Shown here one piece after another: positions 47,466 to 58,818 of a DNA stretch of 64,000 nucleotides. The notes beneath the pieces were generated by a model. It saw only the letters and a program-made list of their open reading frames with translations. It made no database searches and was not told the origin of the DNA. The DNA is from Candidatus Omnitrophota bacterium (GTDB lineage Bacteria; Omnitrophota; Gorgyraeia; Zapsychrales; Aceulaceae). The stretch's first letter is position 1; every line of letters starts with the position of its first letter. The stretch is taken from assembly GCA_029564765.1 (NCBI GenBank), contig JAKQPK010000023.1, positions 11,479 through 75,478 of the forward strand, written 5' to 3'. Made by a program: the position numbers and the translations under genes.

Positions 47466-47537
<72 letters not shown>

Positions 47538-47541
47538 AATA

Positions 47542-47964
47542 TTATAAATTTCTTCCCAAAATCTTTTGTTCTAACGAGTAAATTCGATAACGTATTTCTT
47601 TACAAGAAGCGGAACTCTTCCGATCCGCCAACTTCAAAAACTCCTCAAGGACCCGCACCGATTCCTTCACGCGCTGTGAATTCGCCCAAAAAATGTCCTT
47701 CACGGTCTTGCGCGTGAGCTCCGGCTTTGTTGTGATGGTCCGCCCAACATCATGACGGCTATCACGTACAGCAACCAAACAATGTTTAAATGCTAAAGAA
47801 CCTACACCTGACAAAGCATGCCGCAACGTTTTATATTGTCGCGCTAAACAGGGATCGTCCAGGACAAACCGTGTAATATCTTCGCAGACCCTTAACCCTT
47901 CTTTCGCTCGATTAAAATTCGCATCTAAAACACGTAAAACTTTCTTTTCGGCTACAAGGCGCAT
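47542..47964 (-). CDS. hypothetical protein (possibly ThiE-related small protein family)
   Basis: 140 aa; LRVLDANFNRAKEGLRV...ITRF motif that I associate with short thiamine-phosphate-synthase-related proteins. Assignment uncertain. Confidence 0.3.
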   Translation of the reverse strand: MRLVAEKKVLRVLDANFNRAKEGLRVCEDITRFVLDDPCLARQYKTLRHALSGVGSLAFKHCLVAVRDSRHDVGRTITTKPELTRKTVKDIFWANSQRVKESVRVLEEFLKLADRKSSASCKEIRYRIYSLEQKILGRNL

Positions 47965-48440
47965 TGCGTTCGGATCTTATTAATAATGTTCGTTGTCGAA
48001 AAGCCAGGGATATATCTTACAAGCTGTACACGGCCACCGCGTGCCTTCACAATATCCTCCCCGACAACGGTTTTGTTTTTCCAATCCGCACCTTTTACCA
48101 AGATATCTGGCTGCACGGCTTGGATAACCTGATAAGGAGTAGGATCAGAAAATATCGTCACATAATCCACGCAGGCCAAAGCGGCTAAAACACGAGCCCG
48201 CGCTTTCTGGGGCTGGATAGGGCGTCCCGCGGATTTGATACGGCGGACGGATCGGTCGCTATTAAGCCCAACGACCAAAATGTTATCTTTTGATTTAATC
48301 TTCTCTAAATAGCTAACATGCCCAAGATGCATGAGATCAAAGCACCCATTCGTAAAGACGATCTTCTTGCCCGCTTTGCGCGAAACGACGATCTTCTTTT
48401 TAAGCACAGCAAGCGATACGATCTTATATTCTGTTTTCAT
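47952..48440 (-). CDS. D-glycero-beta-D-manno-heptose 1-phosphate adenylyltransferase (RfaE domain II-like cytidylyltransferase)
   Basis: Start taken at MKTEYK; FTNGCFDLMHLGH nucleotidyltransferase motif. Confidence 0.75.
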   Translation of the reverse strand: MKTEYKIVSLAVLKKKIVVSRKAGKKIVFTNGCFDLMHLGHVSYLEKIKSKDNILVVGLNSDRSVRRIKSAGRPIQPQKARARVLAALACVDYVTIFSDPTPYQVIQAVQPDILVKGADWKNKTVVGEDIVKARGGRVQLVRYIPGFSTTNIINKIRTQCAL

Positions 48441-49009
48441 GATGCCTGAAAATAGTCCTCGATTAGCTCGCAAAGGATGTGCGCTAAACAACTGTGTGCT
48501 TCTTGCACACGCGCGGTATTCCGGGAGGGAACGATCAAGCTGATATCCGTCAGCTTAGCGACCTGGCCCCCATCGTTGCCGGTCAAAGAGATCGTCTTCA
48601 TTCCGATCTTTTTCGCGGCTTTGATCCCCTCAACAACATTCTTGGAATTCCCGCTGGTCGACAACCCCACCGCAATGTCCTCGGATCGACCGAGGCCTTC
48701 GATCTGCCTAGAGAAAATAATATCGAATGAATAATCATTACCAAGCGCTGTAATGATCGACGTATCCGTGGAAAGCGCGATCGCGGCTAAAGATCTGCGC
48801 TCTCTCTGGAATCGACCGATGAATTCCGCGGCAACATGCTGACTATCTGCCGCTGAACCACCATTGCCAAACAAAAGGATCTTGCCTCCCTTTTCCAACG
48901 ACTGGATCATGGCCTTGGCCGCGTGCTCGATCTGCAAACTATTACACGCTAACGTTTGGCGTTTTACCTCTATTGATTCATTGAAGATCCGCTGAATATT
49001 GTCTTGCAT
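48437..49009 (-). CDS. gmhA: phosphoheptose isomerase (SIS domain)
   Basis: 190 aa; GNGGSAADSQH SIS motif. Confidence 0.85.
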   Translation of the reverse strand: MQDNIQRIFNESIEVKRQTLACNSLQIEHAAKAMIQSLEKGGKILLFGNGGSAADSQHVAAEFIGRFQRERRSLAAIALSTDTSIITALGNDYSFDIIFSRQIEGLGRSEDIAVGLSTSGNSKNVVEGIKAAKKIGMKTISLTGNDGGQVAKLTDISLIVPSRNTARVQEAHSCLAHILCELIEDYFQAS

Positions 49010-49018
49010 ACCCTTACC

Positions 49019-50041
49019 TTATTCCGCAAAAAAAACACGGGCCATTTCGTACATGCCCATGTCGATCGTTTTACGTTTTTCGATAGCTGCCGCGATAGGG
49101 ACAGATTGGATCATATTGTTGTGAAGGCTGACCATGTAGCCAAAGCGCTCCTCCTTGATAAGCTCAACAGCGCCAACGCCAAAACGAGTACCGATCAGGC
49201 GATCATACGCGGAGGGCGTCCCTCCCCGCTGAATATATCCTAAAACGCTCACACGAGTTTCATAGCCTGTTTTTTGTTCTATCGCCTGAGCGATCATCTC
49301 CCCGATCCCGCCAAAACTATGCCCACAATCGACTTTCTCGCGGAATTCTGGATGATCCTTACAGTGAACCCCTTCGGCTACAACAATGATCGTAAATGTC
49401 TTGCCTCTTTTATGCCGACTATGGATCGCATCGCACACCTCTTGAATTCCAATAGGTATTTCTGGGACCAAGATAATATCCGCTCCGCCAGCAATCCCTG
49501 ATTCCAAGGCAACCCAGCCTGTATGTCTTCCCATAACCTCAATGACCATGATTCGATGATGACTTTCAGCGGTCGTATGCAAACGGTCGATGCACTCCGT
49601 GGCTATGTTGACCGCGGTGTCAAAACCAAAAGCGTAATCCGTACCTGATAATGAGTTGTCAATCGACTTTGGCACACCGATCACTTTCATGATCTTCTTT
49701 TTATAAAACTCTAGCGCAACGCGCAGTGTTTCTTCTCCCCCAATGACGATCATGGCATCAATGCCGCTACGCTTATAATTCTCAGCAATCTTTCGTATCT
49801 GCTCGGGATCGTCCAAAGGATTGATACGACTTGTCCCCAAAATCGTTCCACCACGATCAAGAATACCAGAAATTGCCTTGGGATCAATGACCTTCATATC
49901 ATTGTCGATCAGTCCAAGCCATCCATTCTTGATGCCAGTGACGACATAACCTTCTTGAATACCTTTACGCACAACAGCACGGATCACAGAATTGAGCCCA
50001 GGACAATCTGCTCCACCGGTTAGGATACCAATCTTTCGCAT
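49019..50041 (-). CDS. pfkA: 6-phosphofructokinase
   Basis: 340 aa; GILTGGADCPGLN and MVIEVMGR motifs. Confidence 0.85.
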   Translation of the reverse strand: MRKIGILTGGADCPGLNSVIRAVVRKGIQEGYVVTGIKNGWLGLIDNDMKVIDPKAISGILDRGGTILGTSRINPLDDPEQIRKIAENYKRSGIDAMIVIGGEETLRVALEFYKKKIMKVIGVPKSIDNSLSGTDYAFGFDTAVNIATECIDRLHTTAESHHRIMVIEVMGRHTGWVALESGIAGGADIILVPEIPIGIQEVCDAIHSRHKRGKTFTIIVVAEGVHCKDHPEFREKVDCGHSFGGIGEMIAQAIEQKTGYETRVSVLGYIQRGGTPSAYDRLIGTRFGVGAVELIKEERFGYMVSLHNNMIQSVPIAAAIEKRKTIDMGMYEMARVFFAE

Positions 50042-50059
50042 ATCAATGCTCCTGTGATG

Positions 50060-50671
50060 TTATTTGCGGTATCCTTTGAATGGAACGCTCATATCAGAAA
50101 AATCCTTTCGGTCAGATTCAGAGCCAGAAGAATCTTTTTCAGATTGCGTCATGATCTTGGTGATATGGATCCTGACGATCACATTTTCTTCGAGGCCAAG
50201 GATCTCTTGAATGCGGCTTTTTACCAAGTCTTGGATGCGTGATGTCATGTCAGGAATATTGCTTTCTGCCTTAAGAACAAGCCGACATGTCACGTCAATG
50301 CCTTTTTTAGTCGCTCTCACGGATGATCTTACCTCTTTGACCTCTGAAACCCGCAAGACAGTTCTTTTGATCATATCTTCCAGTGCCACCAGCGAGATCG
50401 TGACACGTCCTGACGGATTTTCAAAAGCAATAGTACGCTCTTTTTGTTGCACCCCTAAAATAATACGAGAAAACAAAAAACCAACAAGAACAGCTGTCAC
50501 GCTGACAATAATGATCGCGATACAAATATTCCTACTCTGGTAGGCAATATTCAAAAAATAAGTCAATTCTTCGAACTTAATGCGATGAACCGCAAATGAA
50601 ACAGCCACCGCCGCAACAAATGTAATGATGGCTAAATAAAAGAACATCGCGATATGTGTTAGGACTCTCAT
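50060..50671 (-). CDS. Asp23-family membrane anchor protein (AmaP-like)
   Basis: 203 aa; N-terminal TM helices followed by an Asp23/Gls24-like domain (VALEDMIKRTVLRVSEV). Overlaps the next gene by 4 nt. Confidence 0.5.
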   Translation of the reverse strand: MRVLTHIAMFFYLAIITFVAAVAVSFAVHRIKFEELTYFLNIAYQSRNICIAIIIVSVTAVLVGFLFSRIILGVQQKERTIAFENPSGRVTISLVALEDMIKRTVLRVSEVKEVRSSVRATKKGIDVTCRLVLKAESNIPDMTSRIQDLVKSRIQEILGLEENVIVRIHITKIMTQSEKDSSGSESDRKDFSDMSVPFKGYRK

Positions 50672-51027
50672 TGCTCGATCCCTCCTTTGATGCCTTGAAT
50701 ATTAATATGGATGTCTTTGAGTTGAATATCCGTCATCCTTTCAACGGTATCACGAATGGCTTCTTGCAAATAACGTGATGCTTCTGGAATATTGATGCCT
50801 AAGCGGGCGCACACTCTCGCCTCAACGCTAACCTCGTTATCACGATCGATCTTAACATCGATCGCAAAATTCTTTTGAGGGGCGAACAACTTAAGGAATC
50901 GCTGGCCTAGATGATCCGCCGCCAAAGACATGCCTTCTGTTTCTTGCACGACAGATGCTACGATATCGGCCAGAGCTCTTTTATGAATATGGATGGACCC
51001 GTAATCGATTTTTTGCTCTTCGCGCAT
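50668..51027 (-). CDS. Asp23/Gls24 family envelope stress protein
   Basis: 119 aa; ALADIVASVVQETEGM motif typical of alkaline shock protein 23. Confidence 0.7.
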   Translation of the reverse strand: MREEQKIDYGSIHIHKRALADIVASVVQETEGMSLAADHLGQRFLKLFAPQKNFAIDVKIDRDNEVSVEARVCARLGINIPEASRYLQEAIRDTVERMTDIQLKDIHINIQGIKGGIEQ

Positions 51028-51052
51028 CAGGATGTCTCCTTATTAGATAGGA

Positions 51053-52414
51053 TTATTTTGGAATTTCGTGGTCTGGCTTTATTAAATGCTCAAGAAAGTG
51101 AGTGTTGACATTGCCTTCCAGGAATAACGGATGCTGAAGTATTTGCTTATGAAAGTTGATAGTTGTCTTGATAGGCGCAACATAAAACTCATCAAGCGCG
51201 CGCATCATGATCTTAATGGCTTCTGTTCGGGTTTTGGCATGCACAATAAGCTTGGCGACCATTGAATCATAGAATGGGCTGATCACATAATTCTGATAAA
51301 TATGCGTGTCCACTCTAACGCCTGGGCCTCCAGGAAGATTCAGTTCTTCAACCTTCCCAGGGCAAGGCATAAAATTATTGGCAGGGTCTTCCGCGTTGAT
51401 GCGGCATTCAATAGCTGCTCCCTGGATCTTAACGTCCTCCTGCTTGATCTTAAGCTTTTCGCCTGAGGCAACGCGAATTTGTTCTTTAACAATGTCAACA
51501 CCTGTGATCATCTCGGTCACAGGATGCTCGACTTGAACACGGGTGTTCATTTCCATAAAATAAAAGGACCCATCTCCGTCAAGCAAAAACTCTATGGTTC
51601 CAGCACCGCGATAGTTTACTGCTTTAGCCCCACGGACCGCGAGCTCTCCCATTTTCTTACGTAATGAGGCGCTTAGCGCAGGCGAAGGAGCCTCCTCCAA
51701 AAGTTTTTGATGACGCCTCTGAATACTGCAATCCCTCTCACCAAGATGAATAATATTGCCATGATGATCGGCTAGGATCTGGATCTCAATATGACGCGGA
51801 TTGGTAATATATTTCTCGATATAAACATCAGGGTTCCCAAAGCTTGCTTCCGCTTCTCGCTGGGCCATAGTCAGAGAGCTAACCAAGGTCACATCATTAT
51901 GACAGACCCGCATACCTTTGCCCCCACCGCCCGCTGTTGCCTTAATAATCACAGGATATTTGATCTTTTTCGCGAGTTTCAGGGCTTCATCTTTACTCTT
52001 AATGATCGACTCACCGCCTGGCGTGACTGGAAGGCCAGCCTTGACCATCACGGTTCTTGCGGTCACTTTATCTCCCATGGAGCGCATCGCCTCAGGCGTA
52101 GGCCCGATAAAAGCGATATGGCATGATTCGCAGATCTCCGCAAAATGAGGATTTTCAGCTAAAAAGCCATACCCAGGATGAATGGCCTCGACATTAGTGA
52201 TCTCAGCTGCTGAAATAATGGCGGGAATATTAAGATAGCTTTCTTTGCTGGCCGCGCGACCGATACACACAGCCTCATCAGCGAACTGCACATGAAGTGA
52301 AGTACGATCAGCTTCGGAATAGACAGCGACCGTAGCAATGCCAAGCTCTTTACATGCGCGTATGATGCGAAGAGCGATCTCCCCTCGGTTAGCTATAAGG
52401 ATCTTTGAGAACAT
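51053..52414 (-). CDS. accC: acetyl-CoA carboxylase biotin carboxylase subunit
   Basis: 453 aa; [14 protein letters not shown] start, ATP-grasp motifs. Confidence 0.9.
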   Translation of the reverse strand: MFSKILIANRGEIALRIIRACKELGIATVAVYSEADRTSLHVQFADEAVCIGRAASKESYLNIPAIISAAEITNVEAIHPGYGFLAENPHFAEICESCHIAFIGPTPEAMRSMGDKVTARTVMVKAGLPVTPGGESIIKSKDEALKLAKKIKYPVIIKATAGGGGKGMRVCHNDVTLVSSLTMAQREAEASFGNPDVYIEKYITNPRHIEIQILADHHGNIIHLGERDCSIQRRHQKLLEEAPSPALSASLRKKMGELAVRGAKAVNYRGAGTIEFLLDGDGSFYFMEMNTRVQVEHPVTEMITGVDIVKEQIRVASGEKLKIKQEDVKIQGAAIECRINAEDPANNFMPCPGKVEELNLPGGPGVRVDTHIYQNYVISPFYDSMVAKLIVHAKTRTEAIKIMMRALDEFYVAPIKTTINFHKQILQHPLFLEGNVNTHFLEHLIKPDHEIPK

Positions 52415-52418
52415 ATGA

Positions 52419-52889
52419 TTAGACCGGCTCGATCACGAACAACACTGTGCCAAATTCAACAGGCTCAGCATTGTCGACTTTAATATCAACGACTTTTCCG
52501 CGAACATCAGACTTGATCTCGTTCATAAGCTTCATGGCTTCAAGGATACACACAACCTGGCCGACTTCAATGACCTGCCCAACATCCACAAAAGACGGAG
52601 CGTCCGGCGATGGGGCGCGATAAAACGTCCCGACCATAGGAGCTTTGATCTCTTTAAGGCCTTTTCCTGAAGGGGCTTCTGGCCTCACAACTTCTGGGGT
52701 CTGATTTGACGCCGGGACAGGGGCTGCTACGGAAGGACGATATTCTACCGCGGGTGAAGACATAACAACAGGGGCCCCTAAAGGACCTTTTTTGATCTTC
52801 AGTTTTGACCCTTCCCGTTCGACCTCGACTTCCATGAGGTCATTCTCATTCATCAGAGTGACGATTTCTTTGATCTCTTTCAAATTCAT
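52419..52889 (-). CDS. accB: acetyl-CoA carboxylase biotin carboxyl carrier protein
   Basis: 156 aa; biotinylation motif EAMKLMNEI. Confidence 0.85.
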   Translation of the reverse strand: MNLKEIKEIVTLMNENDLMEVEVEREGSKLKIKKGPLGAPVVMSSPAVEYRPSVAAPVPASNQTPEVVRPEAPSGKGLKEIKAPMVGTFYRAPSPDAPSFVDVGQVIEVGQVVCILEAMKLMNEIKSDVRGKVVDIKVDNAEPVEFGTVLFVIEPV

Positions 52890-53452
52890 TTTCGTATCCT
52901 CTCGACATAAACACCGTTTCTTGTGTCAACCTTGATCCATTCCCCTGACTCAACAAATAAAGGCACTTGAACATCAGCGCCCGAGTCGATCTTCGCTGGC
53001 TTTGTTCCTGAGCGGGCTGAATCTCCTTTGAGGCCTGGTTCGGTTTCAACTACTTGCGCCTCAATAAAATTAGGGAGCTCGACCTTCTGGATGCGCCCTT
53101 CATACAAAAGACCCTTCACAACAAGATTATCCTGAAGATATTTAATATCGTTACCGATAAGATCCTGTGTAACAGCGACTTCTTCATAGGTTGTTTGGTC
53201 CATGAAATGCAAATCAGTGCCTGACTTATAAAGATATTGAAAATAGCGTTCTTCCAGGAAAACTTCATCCAATCGTTCAGAACTTTTAAATGTCCGCTCG
53301 ATAACAAGATTGGTTTTCAGGTTACGAAGACGCACGCGAACAAAAGCGCTACCTTTTCCAGGCTTTACATGACTATACTCATTAACAACATAAATATTGC
53401 CATCAACGCGAAGGCCTAAACCTGCGGTGATTTCGTTGATCGTGATTGCCAT
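52886..53452 (-). CDS. efp: elongation factor P
   Basis: 188 aa; KPGKGSAFVR motif with the modifiable Lys. Confidence 0.9.
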   Translation of the reverse strand: MAITINEITAGLGLRVDGNIYVVNEYSHVKPGKGSAFVRVRLRNLKTNLVIERTFKSSERLDEVFLEERYFQYLYKSGTDLHFMDQTTYEEVAVTQDLIGNDIKYLQDNLVVKGLLYEGRIQKVELPNFIEAQVVETEPGLKGDSARSGTKPAKIDSGADVQVPLFVESGEWIKVDTRNGVYVERIRK

Positions 53453-53478
53453 TTTATTATTTCTTTAAATATTTATAT

Positions 53479-54528
53479 TTATATTAAACCACTTAAAACC
53501 TTGGCTCCCTGAGAAGTCACAAGGACCATGTCTTCGATACGGACACCAAATCGACCTGGGATATATACTCCGGGTTCAACGGTCAACACCATTCCTTTTT
53601 CTAAAACGGAAGGGCTGCGAGGAGACAATCCCGGCTTTTCATGCACTTCCAACCCTATACCGTGCCCAAGAGAATGGCTAAAATACGCACCTAACTTCTT
53701 TTCCTTCAGGAAGTTTCGCGCACAACTGTCTACATCCTTGGCGAGAACCCCTGGCTTGATCTGGGCGATCGCTAAACGCTGCGCCTGAGCGACAGCTTCG
53801 CAAACTTCCCTCACAAGATGCGGTATTTTACCCAAAAAGAACATACGTGTCAAGTCAGACTTATAGCCATTGACCTCTATCCCCATATCGACGAGAACAA
53901 GGTCATTCTTTTTGATCTTTCGATCCGAAATACGTGCGTGCGGAAGACAAGAATTCGGACCTGAAGCTATGATGGGTGGAAAAGAAAAGATCTGCTGGTG
54001 CCTGAGGACAAAACGCTCAAGCTTTTCTAGGATCTGGTGTTCTGCTTGACCCGGGCGAATGATCGTTTTAAGATATTGATAGCATTCATTATGAAAACAA
54101 AGGGCTTTTCTGATCGCGGCGACCTCATTCTCCCGCTTAACAGCCCTGATATTTTCAATAAGCCCTTGCGTACCGATCAACCTAACTTTACGGGTCAAGG
54201 CCTTCTTGAGCCTGCGAAACGAGACAACAACAAGATGGCGTTCATCGAAACCCAAAGAATGCACTTTCCTCTTGGATACCAGATCTGCCACAGAATCAAA
54301 AGCGCTCTTTTTACATTCAACCACATTGATGCGGCCAAAATGACGCCTGGCATCCAGGCTGTAGCGGCTGTCCGTCAGATAATAGACATGTCGAGGCAAG
54401 ATCAAAAGCCACGACTCCTGACAGGGATAGCCTGTTAGATACCTGATATTCACATCGTCTGTGACAAGAAAAGCGTCAATTGAATATTTGGCGAAAGAAA
54501 GCCTTAATTTCTGGAGGGAAGCGTTCAA
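53479..54528 (-). CDS. M24 family Xaa-Pro aminopeptidase
   Basis: 349 aa; creatinase-N-like N-terminus, and M24 metal ligands in DLVLVDMG...HSLGHGIG...EPG context. Confidence 0.8.
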   Translation of the reverse strand: MNASLQKLRLSFAKYSIDAFLVTDDVNIRYLTGYPCQESWLLILPRHVYYLTDSRYSLDARRHFGRINVVECKKSAFDSVADLVSKRKVHSLGFDERHLVVVSFRRLKKALTRKVRLIGTQGLIENIRAVKRENEVAAIRKALCFHNECYQYLKTIIRPGQAEHQILEKLERFVLRHQQIFSFPPIIASGPNSCLPHARISDRKIKKNDLVLVDMGIEVNGYKSDLTRMFFLGKIPHLVREVCEAVAQAQRLAIAQIKPGVLAKDVDSCARNFLKEKKLGAYFSHSLGHGIGLEVHEKPGLSPRSPSVLEKGMVLTVEPGVYIPGRFGVRIEDMVLVTSQGAKVLSGLI

Positions 54529-54965
54529 TTCTTAATAGACTCTAATATTGCTTGGAGGCCTAAAACATAGCTATAGGGACCGAATCCGCAGATCTGCCCT
54601 CTGCACACTGCTGAAATAAGCGATGTTTGACGGAATTCCTCTCTGGAATAGATATTCGACAGATGGATCTCAACAGCTGGAAGGTTAATGGCGGCAATCG
54701 CATCGCGAATAGCCACGCTTGTGTGAGTATACGCGGCAGGATTAATGAGCACAGCCTCAAAACCCTGAGCAGGAGCTTTGCCAATAGTATCAACGATCTC
54801 CCCCTCATGATTCGTCTGAACGATCTCGAGGCTTACCTTATTTTCCTTAGCAAATTCCTGAAGCATTCGATTGATCTCATCTAATGTCATTTTTCCATAA
54901 ACATTTGTCTCACGCATCCCCAGAAGATCAAGATTAGGTCCGTGGATCACAAGTATCTTTTTCAT
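54525..54965 (-). CDS. aroQ: type II 3-dehydroquinate dehydratase
   Basis: Start at [16 protein letters not shown]; HEGE and [16 protein letters not shown] motifs. Confidence 0.85.
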   Translation of the reverse strand: MKKILVIHGPNLDLLGMRETNVYGKMTLDEINRMLQEFAKENKVSLEIVQTNHEGEIVDTIGKAPAQGFEAVLINPAAYTHTSVAIRDAIAAINLPAVEIHLSNIYSREEFRQTSLISAVCRGQICGFGPYSYVLGLQAILESIKN

Positions 54966-55134
54966 AAAAACCATCCTTTTGTTTGCTAATTTTCTGACTA
55001 GGCATTAACGCCACAATATCTTGATTAAAGCTATATTCTTTCTGGCACTTGTTGCACTGTAGCTTATCCTCTCTCATCGTCAACTGATCCTGACAGCCAG
55101 GACAAGCAAGCGCATCAAGAAATTCTTCGTTCAT
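54934..55134 (-). CDS. Trm112 family protein
   Basis: 66 aa; LACPGCQ...L.C..C...Y pattern. Short overlap with the aroQ start. Confidence 0.55.
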   Translation of the reverse strand: MNEEFLDALACPGCQDQLTMREDKLQCNKCQKEYSFNQDIVALMPSQKISKQKDGFYEKDTCDPRT

Positions 55135-55140
55135 TACTCC

Positions 55141-55434
55141 TTACGTCTTTTCTGGAACATCTTTAACATATTTCAGTTGTAACTCATAGATAGAAGAGTC
55201 CAAGAGCCCTTCTTCTGCCTGTGAAACATTGCCCTTGGTCTTATCTCGTAGCAAAATGAGGGTATCGATCAGCAGTTTCGCCTGCTCCAGGTTCTTTTCT
55301 TTCTTTCCGCTGAGGGGATTTTCGATCTCTCCTAAGAAAACCATAGCCTGAAAGGCTAAACTGGCGATATACCCAAAAAAATCTAATGTTGGGGGCTGAG
55401 AGTTTTCTTGCGCAAAAACATTCGTCTGATCCAT
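55141..55434 (-). CDS. DUF1844 domain protein
   Basis: 97 aa; FFGYIASLAFQAMVFLGE motif typical of DUF1844. Confidence 0.45.
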   Translation of the reverse strand: MDQTNVFAQENSQPPTLDFFGYIASLAFQAMVFLGEIENPLSGKKEKNLEQAKLLIDTLILLRDKTKGNVSQAEEGLLDSSIYELQLKYVKDVPEKT

Positions 55435-55485
55435 AGCATGTAGAATAACATCGCTTATATATTATGTCAACAAAACCGCCAAAAC

Positions 55486-56160
55486 TTACTCGACCTCGTA
55501 AGAAATGATAACATTAAAAGATAATTCCGGATACTGCAGGTCCGATGGAAATGGAGGGAATGGATTTGATTCTTCAATGCTGCGCATACTGATCTGCCGC
55601 AAATACTGATTAGCGCGGGTTCTCTCTTCGATGATCTTGATCCGCTTAAGCGAGCCTTGCGAATCAAGCATAAAGGTCAGATATACTTCTCCTGACTCAA
55701 ATCTTTCATAATTGGCATATGCACGGTCCCGAATACGGCTGCGGACAATTTGATAATAGTTAATGTAAACGGGATTGTTGATCTGCTGGGCCTCTACGGC
55801 AGGGACGCTTACTTTTCTTTTTTGAGGTTTCTGGTTAACGACCTTGGCTTTTTGTCCTTGATGCAGAAAATCATCAGACAGTTTAGACATGTCTTTCATA
55901 AAAGATGAAATACTCTTTTGCTCCTGCAAAGAAGCCTTAGCTGCCTGCAAAAGATCGACCTTCATCCCCTTCACAGGTGCAGGCGTAGTGTCCGGAATCT
56001 TTTTTTCTAACTTGATCCCAGGATAAACAACCTCGATCATCTTGACGGTCTTCGCCTTAAGCCGCATCTGCGCATATGACATGTTCCACAGAACGCCAAT
56101 ATGAATAAGAAGTGAAACGATCAGGGTATAAGTAAAGATCCTATTTTCCATAGATTTCAA
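55486..56160 (-). CDS. TonB C-terminal domain-like membrane protein
   Basis: 224 aa; N-terminal TM anchor, Pro/Lys linker, C-terminal TonB-like segment (YP..S........VIISYEV). Confidence 0.5.
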   Translation of the reverse strand: MKSMENRIFTYTLIVSLLIHIGVLWNMSYAQMRLKAKTVKMIEVVYPGIKLEKKIPDTTPAPVKGMKVDLLQAAKASLQEQKSISSFMKDMSKLSDDFLHQGQKAKVVNQKPQKRKVSVPAVEAQQINNPVYINYYQIVRSRIRDRAYANYERFESGEVYLTFMLDSQGSLKRIKIIEERTRANQYLRQISMRSIEESNPFPPFPSDLQYPELSFNVIISYEVE

Positions 56161-56163
56161 GAC

Positions 56164-56841
56164 CTATCGCTTAGGCCCAGAGGCCAACAACTCCTTAATG
56201 ATGTAGCGCAGAAAACGAAGCGTGTCGCGGAAAGGATTGATCTTGCTTAATTCATCGCGGTAGATCGTTTGGATAGGAACAGCGTGGATCTTAAATCCAT
56301 GACGACTGGCTTGAATGAGGACCTCTGTCTCGATCTCAAATTCTGCGGACTGCAACGTCATGGATCTTAAAACATCGATCCCGATGTAGCGGAATCCACA
56401 CTGAGAATCTGGGACTTTCTGGCCGCAAAGCAATGAAATGGTCCATGACATAAAATGATTGACGAGAAAACGTAACCAAGGCATACGGCGACAATTAGAC
56501 ATGCGGTTTCCGCTGATCACAGAATCCGGGTATTCTTGAGCCTTACGCAGGAACACGTCAACATCCTCGATCGCGTGCTGTCCATCTCCGTCCATGGCGA
56601 TCACACCATCAAAACCACGTCCGACAGCATGCGCAAATCCGTCCCTAAGCGAAAGCCCTTTACCCTGTTTGCAGGGATGCGTGATCACTACCGCGCCTTT
56701 CTCTCGAGCGATATCCCCCGAATGATCCACTGAGCCATCGTCAATAACGACCACATCCCATCCGCGACCTTTCACCTGCTCGACAATACGTCCGATCGCG
56801 CGCGATTCATTAAAGACGGGGATGATGATGCATATTTTCAT
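56164..56841 (-). CDS. GT2 family glycosyltransferase (polyprenol-phosphate sugar synthase-like)
   Basis: Start at MKICIIIPVFNE; DDGSVD and DGDGQH motifs. Confidence 0.75.
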   Translation of the reverse strand: MKICIIIPVFNESRAIGRIVEQVKGRGWDVVVIDDGSVDHSGDIAREKGAVVITHPCKQGKGLSLRDGFAHAVGRGFDGVIAMDGDGQHAIEDVDVFLRKAQEYPDSVISGNRMSNCRRMPWLRFLVNHFMSWTISLLCGQKVPDSQCGFRYIGIDVLRSMTLQSAEFEIETEVLIQASRHGFKIHAVPIQTIYRDELSKINPFRDTLRFLRYIIKELLASGPKR

Positions 56842-56842
56842 A

Positions 56843-57703
56843 TTAGTCGATCCAAAATTTCTGGAACATATACCATTGTGTGGGATTCCGGCGAATAGCG
56901 CCTTCAATGATCTTGACACATTCCCGTAAAATTTCTTTTTCTGTTTGTTCTGTTGGGCTTTCAGGGGGATAGATCGGTGGTTCGATCGTTAACGTGAAAT
57001 GATCATTTTCTTCACGCGTAAGGAACGCTGGAATGATCGCGGCCCCTGTCTTTAAAGCGAACGCGGCTGGTCCTTTAGGGATACGTGTTTTCTTTCCAAA
57101 AAAGTCCATGATCTCCCCAGTGGCGTTAAAATCCCTATCTCCCAGCAAAGCGACCAGGCGGTTACCCCGTAGGCCACGAATACATTCACGGATCGCAACG
57201 TTGTTTGGGACAATGGTCAGGCCTTGCGATTGACGCTGCTCGTTAAAAAGATTGTTCACAGAACGCTCTTTGTGCGGCAAGGCAACCGCAATCAAAGGAT
57301 ATCCCAAACGGCTGATGATAAATCCTCCCAGCTCCCAATTCCCGACGTGCGCCGTTAAGACTATAGCACCCTTGCCCTTCTTGAGAACTTGCGGTAAGTA
57401 TTCTAAATTCTTAATCACTACGTTCTTTTCGATATACGCTTTGTCAATTTTTCCTGTAACATAAAAAAAATCGATCAGATATTTCGCGAAATCCCTGAAA
57501 ACCTGCCGCGAAAGCCTCGCTAATTCATCATCAGCAACCGGAGCCGGAAGAATGACTCGCAAATTATTCTTAACGCATCGCCTGTCACGCGCAGAAAGAT
57601 AATAATGGATATCCGAAAGAAAACCCGCGACCTGATAACTTAATCGCAGCGGAAGATTCTGTACGAGGAACTGTCCAAGCTTATAAAGATAATACTGGAT
57701 CAT
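56843..57703 (-). CDS. lysophospholipid/lipid A acyltransferase family protein (LpxL/HtrB-like)
   Basis: 286 aa; H(x4)NWE motif (AHVGNWELGG). Confidence 0.65.
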   Translation of the reverse strand: MIQYYLYKLGQFLVQNLPLRLSYQVAGFLSDIHYYLSARDRRCVKNNLRVILPAPVADDELARLSRQVFRDFAKYLIDFFYVTGKIDKAYIEKNVVIKNLEYLPQVLKKGKGAIVLTAHVGNWELGGFIISRLGYPLIAVALPHKERSVNNLFNEQRQSQGLTIVPNNVAIRECIRGLRGNRLVALLGDRDFNATGEIMDFFGKKTRIPKGPAAFALKTGAAIIPAFLTREENDHFTLTIEPPIYPPESPTEQTEKEILRECVKIIEGAIRRNPTQWYMFQKFWID

Positions 57704-58818
57704 GATTCAAGTGCAAGTTTCGCGATGTCAATAGCGGCATTCGGCTTGCCATGCGCCTTGGCAGATTGACGCATGTCATGAAGCCTTTCAGGCGATTCTA
57801 AAAGCCTGCGAACGCTATCGCCGATCGCTGCAAGATCGTTAACTTGAACGGCAACGCCTTTCTTAAGCAATAGCTCGGTATTGCGTGCTTCCTGTCCTGG
57901 AATAGGATTAACAATGACCATAGGCAATCCTTTAACAAGACATTCAGCAGTTGTCATGCCCCCTGGCTTAGTGATCACGAAACTCGCTATCTCCATCAAC
58001 TCATGCACATTATCAACATATGATAACGGCATAACTTTTTGTCCATGCGGAAACTTTATCATCTTGATGATCTTCAATGTCTTTTTGTTAATGCCGGTCA
58101 AAATGATAAGCTGAAAAGGATTCTTGAGTTGTGCCAACGCTTTTACGATCGTCTTAATAGGCCCCAGGCCATGGCCTCCGCCCATCACAAGGATGACCGG
58201 AGTATCTAGATCAAGCCCTAAAGATCCTGCGACACGCGCTTTATCTGCTGAAGAAGCGAACTTAGGGTCAGCGGGAATACCATAAACTTTAATACGCTCT
58301 TTGCTGATACCTTCTTGCACAAGACGATAAGCTGCCTCTTGGGTCGGAACGATATAATAATCAACTTCCCCATGAACCCAGTAGTGATGTGGCGCGAAAT
58401 CTGTCAGGACGCCGATCAATTTAACGGGATACTTATAGCGTTTTTTAAAATCCCCGACCATCCCGCAAGGAAAAGCCTGGGAACAAATGACGACTTCGGG
58501 ATTGAACTTCTTGAAAAGTTTTGCCAATCTGGCGTGGCGAGAATTGTTGAGGATTTTCTTTATGGTCCCTGTTTTTTTGATCACGCGAGGGTTATCATAA
58601 AGATATTCCCATATCTTGGGGCGCCGCTTGATAATATTCATGTAGATAGCATTAGCGATCTTCTCCAGCACAGGATAGACATAGGCGAATCCGTTAATGT
58701 TCATCGTTTCGACATCAGGACGAATGATCCTCAGCGCATTTTCGATCGCGACTGTCGCGCGGTGATGTCCCGAAGTGCGCGTAATATGCATCAAAAGAAC
58801 TCTTGGATGATTGCTCAC
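57700..58818 (-). CDS. GT28-family diacylglycerol glycosyltransferase (MGDG synthase/UgtP-like)
   Basis: 372 aa; MGDG-synthase-like N-domain and a C-terminal GT-B motif (ITKPGGMTTAECLVKGLPMVI). Confidence 0.7.
   Translation of the reverse strand: MSNHPRVLLMHITRTSGHHRATVAIENALRIIRPDVETMNINGFAYVYPVLEKIANAIYMNIIKRRPKIWEYLYDNPRVIKKTGTIKKILNNSRHARLAKLFKKFNPEVVICSQAFPCGMVGDFKKRYKYPVKLIGVLTDFAPHHYWVHGEVDYYIVPTQEAAYRLVQEGISKERIKVYGIPADPKFASSADKARVAGSLGLDLDTPVILVMGGGHGLGPIKTIVKALAQLKNPFQLIILTGINKKTLKIIKMIKFPHGQKVMPLSYVDNVHELMEIASFVITKPGGMTTAECLVKGLPMVIVNPIPGQEARNTELLLKKGVAVQVNDLAAIGDSVRRLLESPERLHDMRQSAKAHGKPNAAIDIAKLALES

Noticed and set aside
47551-47575. Sequence cccaaaatcttttgttct resembling the island motif next to tRNA-Gly
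   Set aside because: It lies inside the 3' coding end of the 47542..47964 ORF (encoding ...EQKILGRNL*) and lacks the G-run. Judged a coincidental resemblance.
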